Notes under the pieces: model-generated | Seen by the model: only the letters and a program-made list of their open reading frames with translations | Databases searched by the model: none | What the model was told of the DNA's origin: nothing | Shown: positions 16,626 through 25,351 of the stretch, piece after piece | Layout of the letters: every line of letters starts with the position of its first letter | Position numbering within the stretch: position 1 is the first letter of the stretch | Source: Candidatus Hydrogenedentota bacterium | Lineage (GTDB): Bacteria; Hydrogenedentota; Hydrogenedentia; Hydrogenedentales; SLHB01 | NCBI GenBank assembly: GCA_029974275.1 | Contig: JARKSN010000011.1 | Span: 1-25,351 of the forward strand | Length of the DNA stretch: 25,351 nucleotides | Direction of reading: 5' to 3' | Translations under genes and position numbers: made by a program

Positions 16626-18569
16626 ATGACGACCCGCATTGTTTCAAGTCCGCGGTTGCGGATTTGCGCGCGCGACCCAAACGAGACCGTTGTGTTCGCC
16701 GTGCGCGAGCTGTCGGAATGCTTGACCCGCATCACCGGCGTCGAAACGGAAACGGTCCTTCCAGAGGACGGCAGCCCGGCGTCCGCGCTGTGCGTGGGAC
16801 GTATGGATTGCTTTCCATCGTTGATTCCGCCCGGGGTGGCGGACCCGCGGATGGACGACGCCATCGCCATTCACGTGACCGGCGGTCAGGGCGTGATCGC
16901 GGGCATCAACCCCAGAAGCGTTCTCCTCGCGGCGTACCGGTATCTCACGGAACTGGGATGCCGTTGGGTGCGTCCCGGAAAAGATGGCGCGTTCTTGCCG
17001 CGCCTGGAGACGCTGCCGGAAGTCCATGTGGAGGAACGCCCGTCCTGTCGCCACCGCGCCGTCTGCATCGAGGGGTCCGTGAGCCTCGATCACGTAGTCG
17101 ACATGGTGGATTGGCTGCCGAAGATCGGGTTCAACGGCTATTTCATTCAATTTCGCGAAGCGTACACCTTTTTCGATCGATGGCATTCGCGCGTCGGACG
17201 CCCCGAAGGCAAGGCCATGTCGCTGTCCGTGGCGGATGCCGCCGGATATGTCGCCGCCGCCGAGGCGGAAATCCGCAAACGGGGCCTGATCTACCACAAG
17301 GTCGGTCACGGGTGGACGTGCGAGCCGTTCGGCATCAGCGGGCGGGCCTGGGAAAAAGAGTCCGCCCCGCTCCCCCCCGAGGTCGCGCCCTATCTGGCGG
17401 AAGTGAACGGCAAACGCGAATTGTGGGACGGCATCGCGCTCAATACAAACTTATGTTATTCGAATCCTGAGGTCCGGGCGAAGATCGGGAACGAAATCGT
17501 TTCATACGCCCAGAACCACCCGGACGTCGACCTGCTCCATTTCTGGCTTGCCGATGGCTGCAACAATCATTGCGAATGCCCGGAATGCCGCAAAGCGCGT
17601 CCCGCCGACGTTTACGTCATGATGCTCAACGAGGTTGACGCCGCGCTTGCGGCGCGGAACCTTCCCGCGAGGATCGTTTTTTTGATATACGTGGACCTGT
17701 TGTGGCCGCCGGAAACGGAATGGATACGCAATCCGGACCGCTTCGTCTTGATGTTCGCGCCCATTGCACGGACCTACAGTCAGTCGTTTCGCGTTATGGG
17801 GCAGCCGCCCGCGCTGCCGTCTTTCGAACGGAACCGTCTGGAATTTCCCCGCACGATCGAGGCGAACATCGCGTTCCTCAAGGCTTGGCAGCAACTGTTT
17901 TCAGGAGATAGTTTCGATTTCGACTATCACCTGATGTGGGACCACCTGAACGATCCCGGCCACATGCATATATCCCGAACCATCGGCGAAGACATGAAAG
18001 CCCTCAAGGCCATCGGCCTGAACGGTTTTGTCAGTTGCCAGGTCCAGCGGGTCTTCCTGCCGACCGCGCTGCCCATGATTGTCATGGGCAGAATGCTGTG
18101 GAATAGCCAGGAATCTTTCGAAGATATTGCGCGCGATTATTTCGCCAGCGCCTTCGGGCATGATGCCCCCGCGTGCGAGGAGTACCTGACGAAGTTATCG
18201 TTGCTGTTCGATCCCGTCTATGCGCGGGGGGAAAAGAACGACGAAGGCGCGGCGGCGCGGTTTGCCGAAATCATCGAGGTCATCAACGCTTTTCTGCCGG
18301 TTATTGAACGCCATGCGGCGGCCATGGACGGTTGCCGCCAGGCGTCCTGGCGCTACCTCAAGCGCCACGCCGGTTTGTGCCTTGGCCTCGCGCGCGCCTA
18401 TGCCGCCAAGGCCGCGGGCGATGCCGAACGGGCGGCATCCATTTGGCGCGGCCTCGCCGAACAAGCGTGGCGCGAGGAACCGGATATGCACCGCGTGTTC
18501 GATGCCTGGATCTTCACCGAAGTGCTGCGGCATCGATTCGAAAACCTTCCGCCGCAGACGCCAAGCTGA
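16626..18569 (+). CDS. DUF4838-like / glycoside-hydrolase-like protein
   Basis: 647 aa; N-terminal GH20/GH67-type domain (RSVLLAAYRYLTELGCRW), LCYSNPEV, ADGCNNHCECPEC and FDFDYH. No signal peptide apparent. Confidence 0.75.
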   Translation: MTTRIVSSPRLRICARDPNETVVFAVRELSECLTRITGVETETVLPEDGSPASALCVGRMDCFPSLIPPGVADPRMDDAIAIHVTGGQGVIAGINPRSVLLAAYRYLTELGCRWVRPGKDGAFLPRLETLPEVHVEERPSCRHRAVCIEGSVSLDHVVDMVDWLPKIGFNGYFIQFREAYTFFDRWHSRVGRPEGKAMSLSVADAAGYVAAAEAEIRKRGLIYHKVGHGWTCEPFGISGRAWEKESAPLPPEVAPYLAEVNGKRELWDGIALNTNLCYSNPEVRAKIGNEIVSYAQNHPDVDLLHFWLADGCNNHCECPECRKARPADVYVMMLNEVDAALAARNLPARIVFLIYVDLLWPPETEWIRNPDRFVLMFAPIARTYSQSFRVMGQPPALPSFERNRLEFPRTIEANIAFLKAWQQLFSGDSFDFDYHLMWDHLNDPGHMHISRTIGEDMKALKAIGLNGFVSCQVQRVFLPTALPMIVMGRMLWNSQESFEDIARDYFASAFGHDAPACEEYLTKLSLLFDPVYARGEKNDEGAAARFAEIIEVINAFLPVIERHAAAMDGCRQASWRYLKRHAGLCLGLARAYAAKAAGDAERAASIWRGLAEQAWREEPDMHRVFDAWIFTEVLRHRFENLPPQTPS

Positions 18570-18632
18570 GGCAATCCGTCCATTTCCCCTTCTGGATCGG
18601 CGCGGAACGCGCGCCAGGACAGAAAAAAAGAA

Positions 18633-19484
18633 TCAGCCCCCGTTGACAACGCGGGCGTTGGCGTATTCGCGCCGTCGCACCGTCAACGTCGCCAAGCCGA
18701 TCAATAGCGCGGAGATCGCTATCAGGATGACGGCGGCGCTCACGGGCCGGATGAGAAGTTCCTCCTTGGCGTACATGCCCAGCGCGGTTTGGAAAGAGGG
18801 CTTGGCGCGCTCCGTCGGCAACAAGGGAAGAAGCGCCCGGACATATTTTTCGATGGTGAGAAAATCGATGTAACCGGGCACGATGTTGGCCAAACGTTCC
18901 CATCCGAACACAAGGACGATGCCCGCGATGACGGGCTTCCTGAAAAGCGCCCCCAGCAGCATGCAAAGCCCCCCGTATCCCAGCAACGCCATGGCAATAA
19001 CAACGCAGTAATGACACGTCAGCAACAGGGTCGCCCGGGACACCTCCATGCCGCCGGCGGCGGCGCACGCGGCATAGGTCATCCAGACGGCAGGCAGCAG
19101 CAGCAGCGCGGCTACGCACCAATAGGCAAGGAACTTTCCAAGAACCAACGCGCCTCGCGGCATCGGACGGATGAGCAAATAGGGCATGGTTTGAGACTCG
19201 ACCTCTTCTCCCAAGAGCATGGTGGCGAGAAAGAGCGCCATCAACGGAGCCAAGGCGGCGAGCAATAGAGTTTCCGAGAGGGTGACAAAAAGTTCGATGC
19301 CCGCGTAGGTTGGCGTCTCGGCGCGGACGAAAGAAACGGCCACCGGAACGGCCACCGGCAAGAGACAGACGATTGCCGCAAGAAGGGTGCGCTTCCGGCG
19401 AGCAATCGTGGAAACGGAACAGCGAAAAACCGCCCCCACATACCGGAAATAGGGCGGCCGCTCCATGGCGTCGGCGCCGATCAT
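18633..19484 (-). CDS. ABC-2 type transporter permease
   Basis: About six TM segments and the motif EEVESQTMPYLLIRPMPRGALVLGK. Start at 19484 or 19466. Confidence 0.85.
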   Translation of the reverse strand: MIGADAMERPPYFRYVGAVFRCSVSTIARRKRTLLAAIVCLLPVAVPVAVSFVRAETPTYAGIELFVTLSETLLLAALAPLMALFLATMLLGEEVESQTMPYLLIRPMPRGALVLGKFLAYWCVAALLLLPAVWMTYAACAAAGGMEVSRATLLLTCHYCVVIAMALLGYGGLCMLLGALFRKPVIAGIVLVFGWERLANIVPGYIDFLTIEKYVRALLPLLPTERAKPSFQTALGMYAKEELLIRPVSAAVILIAISALLIGLATLTVRRREYANARVVNGG

Positions 19485-19565
19485 CGCGGCGGATTCCCGG
19501 GGCTTTGCCTTGATGGAAAAGCCCCGTCGCGGCGCGTGCGGCTACGCGTCATGCCGGGCACGGGC

Positions 19566-20948
19566 CTATACGCTCCATCCCGCGCGATAGGTGGACCGCA
19601 CGAACGCGTCGGCCTCGGGCGCATTGAGGACGCGCATGTTTTGGCTGTCCCATTCAATCTTCTTGCCCGCGCGCAGCGCAAGATTGCCGAGCAGGACGGT
19701 CTCCGTGAAGGGACCGGCGTAATCGAAATGGCTGCATGCGGGAGCCCCCCCTTTGCACGCGTCGATCCAGTTCCGATAATGGTTGCCTTGGGGAACGCGA
19801 TCCAGCATGCGCGGAGGGCGCCGAAAATCTTTCATGCGTTCGGTGGGCGTCAGCGTCACGCTTCCGGCGTAACAATCGGTGGTCACAAGGTCCTTATCGC
19901 CGAGGAACAACAAGCCGTTTCGTCCGTCGCCTATCCGGACCCGGGGATCGATCCCCTCGGGCATCACAGGGGCCATGCCCCCATCATGCCAGGTTAGCGT
20001 CACGGGAGGCATGTCTTCGCGCGCGGGGAACTGGTATTTCAGGACGCTGCCGCGCGGCGCCATTTCGCCATCGGGACTTGCGCCTTCGATGCGCGTCGCC
20101 TCCACGCTCACAGGAGCGCCCAACTTAAGCGCCCAGTTGGCTGCGTCGAGAATGTGGCAGCCCATGTCGCCCAACGCGCCTGCGCCGAAGTCCCACCAGC
20201 CGCGCCACACGAAGGGGCAATAACAGGCGGCCTTCGTTTCGGGATGCCTATGGACATAGGGACGGTAGGGCGCTCCGCCGAGCCACAGGTCCCAGTCCAG
20301 CGAAGGCGGCGCCGGATCCTCGCCGGCGGGACGGGAAAGTCCCTGCGGCCAGATGGGCCGATCGCTGATCGCGATGACCTCGCGCACCTGGCCGATCATC
20401 CCCGACCAGATGATTTCGCACAGAAGCCGCACGCCGTCGCACGAATGACCTTGGTTGCCCATCTGAGTGACGACGCCGTAACGGCGGGCGGCCTCCGTCA
20501 TAACGCGCGTTTCCTGGATGGTGCGGGCCATGGGCTTTTGCACATAGACATGTTTTCCGAGTTGCATCGCCGCCATTGCGATGGGGGCATGCATATGGTC
20601 GGGGGTCGAAATCGTGACGGCGTCGATGCTTTTTTCCTTTTCCAGCAGGACCCGAAAATCGCGGTAGCGCGTCGCCTTGGGAAACTTGGCGAATATCGGA
20701 GCGGCGCGCTCGTCGTCCACGTCGCACAAGGCGACAATGTTTTCGCCCTCGATGCCCGCGTCGGGGTCTCCGCCCACGCCCATGACGTCGCCCGAACCCT
20801 GGCCGCCCACGCCGATGCAGGCGATGTTCAGCTTTTCGTTCGGGGAAACGCGCCGCCGCGCCGGCTTGACGCGTCGTGAGGTCGCGCATCCTGCGAGAGC
20901 CGCCATCGATCCGATGATGAATGTTCGCCTGGTGTATTCGCCGCGCAT
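19566..20948 (-). CDS. Gfo/Idh/MocA family oxidoreductase with Tat-lipoprotein signal
   Basis: TRRTFI..LAGC signal, IGVGGQG, STPDHMH, KHVYVQKP, QMGNQ and WRGWWDFGAGALGDMGCH. AAAGGAGG RBS before ATG at 20948. Confidence 0.92.
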   Translation of the reverse strand: MRGEYTRRTFIIGSMAALAGCATSRRVKPARRRVSPNEKLNIACIGVGGQGSGDVMGVGGDPDAGIEGENIVALCDVDDERAAPIFAKFPKATRYRDFRVLLEKEKSIDAVTISTPDHMHAPIAMAAMQLGKHVYVQKPMARTIQETRVMTEAARRYGVVTQMGNQGHSCDGVRLLCEIIWSGMIGQVREVIAISDRPIWPQGLSRPAGEDPAPPSLDWDLWLGGAPYRPYVHRHPETKAACYCPFVWRGWWDFGAGALGDMGCHILDAANWALKLGAPVSVEATRIEGASPDGEMAPRGSVLKYQFPAREDMPPVTLTWHDGGMAPVMPEGIDPRVRIGDGRNGLLFLGDKDLVTTDCYAGSVTLTPTERMKDFRRPPRMLDRVPQGNHYRNWIDACKGGAPACSHFDYAGPFTETVLLGNLALRAGKKIEWDSQNMRVLNAPEADAFVRSTYRAGWSV

Positions 20949-21116
20949 GCCGCCTCCTTTCAAACGCCGTGGGAGCTTTCCTGCATCACTTCGCGGCGTC
21001 ATTCTACTCCCGCGCCATTGTGGAATCCACGCGCCGCGGGAATTCCTCACAAGCATACGAGGAATGTCCCAATCGCGGTTTCGCGAAGCGGGAGAATTCG
21101 GTTACAATCGCATCCA

Positions 21117-22469
21117 ATGCAGCACGAACAAGCCGAGATTCTGTCCGTCGGGCAACTGACGCGGCGCGTGAAGGACCTGCTCGAAAACCAGATCAGCTAT
21201 GTCTGGGTGTCGGGCGAGGTGTCGAATTGGCGCGTCTCGCCGGCGGGGCATGCCTATTTCACGTTGAAGGACGCGGACAGCCAGATCGACGCGGTGATGT
21301 TTCGCGGACGCCTGATGCAACTAAAGTTCGCGCCGGAAAATGGGCTCGAAGTCATTCTGCACGGTCTCGTCACCGTCTATGAAAAGCGTGGCAATTACCA
21401 GATACTTTGCGAGGAGATGCACCCGAAGGGCCTCGGCGCGCTGCAACTCGCGTTCGAAAAACTCAAGCGCAAGCTCGACGAGGAAGGCCTGTTCGATCCG
21501 GCGCACAAGAAGTCGTTGCCGATGCTGCCGCGTCGGATCGGCATCGTCACGTCACCCACAGGCGCGGCAGTCCGCGATATCCTGAACGTGCTGGGCAGGC
21601 GCTTCGCGAACGTGCACGTCCTTATCTATCCCGCGCGCGTCCAGGGTGAGGAAGCCGCCGTGGAGATCGTCGAGGGCATCCGCACGCTCGAGGAGTACGG
21701 CGTGGATGTGATGATCGTCGGACGCGGCGGCGGGTCGCTCGAAGACCTGTGGCCATTCAACGAGGAGATCGTCGTGCGCGCCATTCATGCGGCCCATACG
21801 CCGATTATCTCGGCGGTCGGCCACGAGATCGATTTCACGCTGTCGGACTTTGCCGCCGACGTGCGCGCGGCCACGCCGTCCGCCGCCGCCGAGATGGTCG
21901 TGCAGGAACAGGACGTTCTTTTGCGGCGTGTGCGCGATGCAGGCGCGTCGCTCGCGAAGGCCATGTCGGGCCGGATGGAACAGGCGCACGCACGATTGCG
22001 GCTGGTATCGGCGAGCTACGCGTTCCGTCGCCCCGAGGAACTGTTCCGTCAACAACGGCAACGGACCGACGAGTTGCGCATGCGGCTCGACTCTGCGATG
22101 ACCGGCACGACGGAATCGTTGCGCCGACGCACCAAGCAGGCGTCGCGTGCGTTAGGGCTGCTATCGCCCGCCGTTCGCGTGCAGCGGGCCATCGAGAGTC
22201 TCGCTGCGTTGCGCGCGCGGTTGGTGCAGGGCGGCGCGGGAACGGTGCAACGCAGTCGCGCACGGTTCGGGCCGTTGGCGGCGCAGTTGAACGCGTTGAG
22301 TCCGCTGGCGATTCTGGGGCGCGGGTACGCGTTGGTGCGGAAGGAGCCGGGATTGGAATTGGTGCGGCAGGCGGACCAGCTTGCCGTCGGCGATCGGGTG
22401 CGCGTGACGTTGGGAGCGGGCGGCATCACCGCCGCCGTGGAACACATCGAGGAAGAGGGCCATGGCTGA
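21117..22469 (+). CDS. xseA: Exodeoxyribonuclease VII large subunit
   Basis: VWVSGEVSN, GHAYFTLKD, IGIVTSPTGAAVRD, RGGGSLEDLW, SAVGHEID, ATPSAAAE and LSPLAILGRGY. Confidence 0.96.
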   Translation: MQHEQAEILSVGQLTRRVKDLLENQISYVWVSGEVSNWRVSPAGHAYFTLKDADSQIDAVMFRGRLMQLKFAPENGLEVILHGLVTVYEKRGNYQILCEEMHPKGLGALQLAFEKLKRKLDEEGLFDPAHKKSLPMLPRRIGIVTSPTGAAVRDILNVLGRRFANVHVLIYPARVQGEEAAVEIVEGIRTLEEYGVDVMIVGRGGGSLEDLWPFNEEIVVRAIHAAHTPIISAVGHEIDFTLSDFAADVRAATPSAAAEMVVQEQDVLLRRVRDAGASLAKAMSGRMEQAHARLRLVSASYAFRRPEELFRQQRQRTDELRMRLDSAMTGTTESLRRRTKQASRALGLLSPAVRVQRAIESLAALRARLVQGGAGTVQRSRARFGPLAAQLNALSPLAILGRGYALVRKEPGLELVRQADQLAVGDRVRVTLGAGGITAAVEHIEEEGHG

Positions 22470-22803
22470 ACTGAAATTTGAAAAAGACCTCGAACGCTTG
22501 GAAGGCATTGTGCAGGCGCTGGAGGACGGCGGCTTGCCGTTGGACGACGCCCTGAAACGTTTCGAGGAAGGCATCCGTCTCGCAAAACGGTGCGAACGCG
22601 CCTTGCAAGACGCGGAAAAGAAGATCGAACTCCTCACGAAAAACGCCGACGGCGAGTTCGAAGCGCAACCGTTTGGCAACGCGGAGGCCGAGAATGCGGA
22701 CGAGCCTGTCGCGAAAAAAACGAGCGCACGCAAGAAATCCGCGACGCACGAGGCGAAGCCGGACGAAGGCGAAGACGACGAGGACGGGGGGCTGTTGTTC
22801 TGA
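22462..22803 (+). CDS. xseB: Exodeoxyribonuclease VII small subunit with acidic C-terminal extension
   Basis: FEKDLERLEGIVQALEDG.LPLDDALKRFEEG..L...C...L..AE; overlaps the xseA stop. Confidence 0.95.
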   Translation: MAELKFEKDLERLEGIVQALEDGGLPLDDALKRFEEGIRLAKRCERALQDAEKKIELLTKNADGEFEAQPFGNAEAENADEPVAKKTSARKKSATHEAKPDEGEDDEDGGLLF

Positions 22804-23666
22804 TGTCCGTATCGCAGTTCCTAAACGAGAAGGCCGAGAAGACGGAGCGTGCGTTGCGCGACCAGTTCGCGACATGGCGCGGCGTGCCGGAGGTATTGCA
22901 CGAGGCGATGGCATACAGCCTGTTCGCGGGCGGCAAACGGCTGCGACCCGCGCTCGTGCTGGGGGCGTGCGAGATTATCCGCGACGACGATGCGCCCGCC
23001 CTGCCCGCCGCATGCGCCATCGAGATGATCCACACGTATTCACTCATTCACGACGACTTGCCCTGCATGGACGACGACGACTTGCGGCGTGGCAGGCCGA
23101 CGTTGCACAAAGTGCACGGCGATGCGATCGCTGTGTTGGCGGGCGACGGGTTATTGACGATGGCGTTTGACGTCGTCGCGCAGACGGGCAATCTGGCCGT
23201 CGTGCGCGAACTCGCCCAAGCCGCCGGTGTTACGGGCATGGTCGGCGGGCAAGTGCTCGACATGCAAAGCGAAAACCGGCAGCTCACGCTCGACGAGTTG
23301 CGCCGCGTACACGCATGCAAAACCGGCGCGCTAATCCGCGTCGCCGCGCGAATGGGCGCGATACTCGGCGGCGCATCACAAACACAACTCGAAGCGCTCA
23401 CCGCCTACGGCGAAGCCATCGGCCTGGCCTTCCAAATCGCCGACGATATCCTCGATGTCGTGGGCGATGAAGCCAACCTCGGCAAACGCACCGGCGCCGA
23501 CGACGCCCGCAACAAGTCCACGTACCCCGCCCTCCTCGGCCTCGACGGCGCCCGTCAACGCGCCAAAGACACCATAGACTGTGCCATCGACGCCCTCGCA
23601 GCGTTCGGCGAGGAAGCGAATGCGTTGCGGGATTTGGCGCGGTTCGTGGTGGAACGCAACGCATGA
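22803..23666 (+). CDS. ispA: Farnesyl/geranylgeranyl diphosphate synthase (polyprenyl synthetase)
   Basis: GGKRLRP, HTYSLIHDDLPCMDDDDLRRG (first Asp-rich motif), GQ..D, KTGAL, FQIADDILD and KSTYP. ATG overlaps the xseB stop (TGATG). Confidence 0.95.
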   Translation: MSVSQFLNEKAEKTERALRDQFATWRGVPEVLHEAMAYSLFAGGKRLRPALVLGACEIIRDDDAPALPAACAIEMIHTYSLIHDDLPCMDDDDLRRGRPTLHKVHGDAIAVLAGDGLLTMAFDVVAQTGNLAVVRELAQAAGVTGMVGGQVLDMQSENRQLTLDELRRVHACKTGALIRVAARMGAILGGASQTQLEALTAYGEAIGLAFQIADDILDVVGDEANLGKRTGADDARNKSTYPALLGLDGARQRAKDTIDCAIDALAAFGEEANALRDLARFVVERNA

Positions 23667-23685
23667 AACACCGACTCGCGCCTGA

Positions 23686-24213
23686 TCACATCCGCGCGAG
23701 ATAGTCAAGCAAGAGCCGCAACCCCAGCGCGGTTTTCATGTCGTGAAAACCGCATGTTTCAAGCCCCTTCCGTACGTCGGCGAGGGACATTTCGACAAGT
23801 TCGAGGCGCTCGTCGAACTCCAGGGCTTGTTCCGTTTTCACCAAATCCAGGGCCAAAAAAAGATAATCCGCCTCATTGGTGAAGCCGGGCGAACAATAGT
23901 ACCGGCCCATGGGCAAAAGCCGACCGGCGCGGTGTCCAGTCTCCTCTTCGAGCTCGCGCGCCGCGCGATAGGCCGGGTCCTCGTCTCCTTCCAGACAGCC
24001 GGCGGGGAGTTCCAAAACTTCGTGGCCGACGGCGATGCGGAATTGGCGCACCAGAATGACCTTGCCGTCGTGGTACGGCACAACGCCGACGCCGCCGTTG
24101 TGTTCGACGACTTCGCGCTGGGCCAACGAGCCGTCGTCAAGCGTCACGGCGCCCGTGCGAAGCGTGACGATGCGCCCCGTGTACACAACTTCGCTGCGCT
24201 TCCAGATTTCCAT
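23686..24213 (-). CDS. Nudix hydrolase, ADP-ribose pyrophosphatase type
   Basis: Nudix box GCLEGDEDPAYRAARELEEETG, REVVEH, LVRQFR, ELPAG and SPG. GGAGGAG RBS before ATG at 24213. Confidence 0.92.
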   Translation of the reverse strand: MEIWKRSEVVYTGRIVTLRTGAVTLDDGSLAQREVVEHNGGVGVVPYHDGKVILVRQFRIAVGHEVLELPAGCLEGDEDPAYRAARELEEETGHRAGRLLPMGRYYCSPGFTNEADYLFLALDLVKTEQALEFDERLELVEMSLADVRKGLETCGFHDMKTALGLRLLLDYLARM

Positions 24214-24259
24214 CGTCTCCTCCAAACCGATGCTGCAACGCCATGCCGCGCCGATGAAC

Positions 24260-25213
24260 TTATGCGTAGATCGCTTCCTCGCGCCAGACGTTCCACATCA
24301 ATTCGTACCGCTCGAGCGCGAGCCCCGTGTAGGCGCAGTTGCTTGTCGAAAAAATGTAGCCGCCGCCAGGCATGCCGTGGCGGATGCAGTAGCGCGCCGA
24401 CTCGACGACCTCTTCGTCCGTGCCGGATTGAAGCAGGCCGCAGTTGACGTTGCCGATCAAGCAGACCCGATCGCCATAGAGGCGCTTGACCTCGGCGATA
24501 TCCACGCCGGCCTGCGGGTCGATGGAGTGCAACGCGTGCGGCTTTGCGGCGACAATCTGATCGATGATGGGCATGATATTGCCGTCGGTGTGCTTGATGA
24601 CGTAAAACCCCAATTCTCGCTGGCCCGCGATCAATTGGGCGAGGTATGGCGCGACGACTTCCGCGAACATCTCCGGACCGAGGAACGGGTTGGTGTTGAG
24701 GCAATAGTCCGAACACAACGCAAAGCCGTCGAGTCCGCCGTGCCCGGCCAAGCGTTCCGCCCAGGCGAGCGCGCCGTCCACCTGCTGTTGCGCCCGTTCC
24801 TTCGCCTCATCCAGATGCTCATACAGCCACAGCGTGAAATCGGCCATATGCGCGCCGTCCGGAATGCCATAGGTCGCGTCGCCGTGGATCATGAGAAAAT
24901 ACGCGTCGCCGGATTTCTCGCGCACGAGATCGATCAGGCGCAACGTTTCCTCCTCGGAGCCGGGGTTCGGGTGCAGAAAAATGGCGTTGTGCTCGTAGCG
25001 CTCGGCGGTCATGATGAAAATATCGGTGATTTCGTTGCGATGGAGGTTCCGTTCCGATTCGCTCATCTGGTCCCACTGCGCATAATTCCGTTGCGACGGA
25101 TGGACCTTGCCAAAAGCCTCCATCGTCAGATAGAACACGAGTTCGAAATGCGGGACACGCCCCGCAAACGGCTTGCGCTCGAGCGCAGCGATAAAACGTT
25201 CACGCGGCGTCAT
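24260..25213 (-). CDS. Uroporphyrinogen decarboxylase (URO-D)/MtaA-CmuA-like family protein
   Basis: MTPRERF..AL start, SDY, PFLGPEMF.E...PY, KHTDGNI, CLIGNV and GGGYIFSTSN. AGGAG RBS. Confidence 0.88.
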   Translation of the reverse strand: MTPRERFIAALERKPFAGRVPHFELVFYLTMEAFGKVHPSQRNYAQWDQMSESERNLHRNEITDIFIMTAERYEHNAIFLHPNPGSEEETLRLIDLVREKSGDAYFLMIHGDATYGIPDGAHMADFTLWLYEHLDEAKERAQQQVDGALAWAERLAGHGGLDGFALCSDYCLNTNPFLGPEMFAEVVAPYLAQLIAGQRELGFYVIKHTDGNIMPIIDQIVAAKPHALHSIDPQAGVDIAEVKRLYGDRVCLIGNVNCGLLQSGTDEEVVESARYCIRHGMPGGGYIFSTSNCAYTGLALERYELMWNVWREEAIYA

Positions 25214-25256
25214 GGGATGCTCCTATTGGTTTTTGCGGCTTGCGCCGCCGCACGCT

Positions 25257-25276
25257 GCCCGCACAGAGACCGGGCG
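25257..25276 (-). repeat. Degenerate copy of the REP-like hairpin at 11-35
   Basis: GCCCGCACAGAGACCGGGCG versus GCCCGGCACAGAGACCGGGCG (one G missing); the GTAG foot is not retained. Confidence 0.6.
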
Positions 25277-25292
25277 CCGAAGCCCCTGATCT

Positions 25293-25351
25293 TCACGCTT
25301 CTTGCCCTCCTGCGTCGAGCGTTTCGGCCCACCCCTGCGGCAGAAGGCCAT
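25293..25351 (-). CDS. Possible 3' end of a gene entering from beyond the window
   Basis: Open minus-strand frame ..GLLPQGWAETLDAGGQEA* ending 80 nt upstream of the UroD-family gene; too short to verify. Confidence 0.25.
   Translation of the reverse strand, partial: GLLPQGWAETLDAGGQEA

Noticed and set aside
11..25276. Whole window as a mobile element bounded by direct repeats
   Set aside because: The content is core housekeeping (arg, dapL, xseAB, ispA, tRNA) with no recombinase; the repeats fit dispersed REPs better.
1..25351. CRISPR array, cas genes or anti-phage defence system
   Set aside because: No regularly spaced repeats and no recognisable cas, restriction, toxin-antitoxin or reverse transcriptase motifs were seen.

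Overview
GC-rich bacterial chromosomal window with 22 complete CDSs, one possible partial CDS at the right edge and one tRNA-Ser(GCT). It is mostly housekeeping genes plus envelope and carbohydrate genes, with no phage, CRISPR or intact transposase. The gene mix suggests a diderm environmental lineage such as Ca. Hydrogenedentota or a PVC relative (inference only). Left to right: an ISAs1-like terminal repeat and a GTAG-type REP hairpin; a sigma70 promoter and structured leader; a tightly coupled argC-argJ-argB-exbB-exbD-tonB-like-Zn-ribbon operon; then on the minus strand GT2-TPR, a small hypothetical, tRNA-Ser, an AftB-like GT-C membrane glycosyltransferase, DoxX, a 1186-aa secreted multidomain protein, a LOG-family protein and dapL; a DUF4838-like protein (+); an orphan ABC-2 permease and a Tat-lipoprotein Gfo/Idh/MocA oxidoreductase (-); xseA-xseB-ispA (+); a Nudix hydrolase and a UroD-family protein (-). 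The most unusual element is the Ton/Tol-like module appended to the arg operon. ExbD carries Asn at the normally essential transmembrane Asp and ExbB has Ala at the conserved TM3 Thr, yet the TonB-like partner keeps its SxxxH motif and is translationally coupled to an uncharacterised membrane-anchored Zn-ribbon protein with an Arg-rich tail. All family assignments are from motif recognition by eye; no searches were run.
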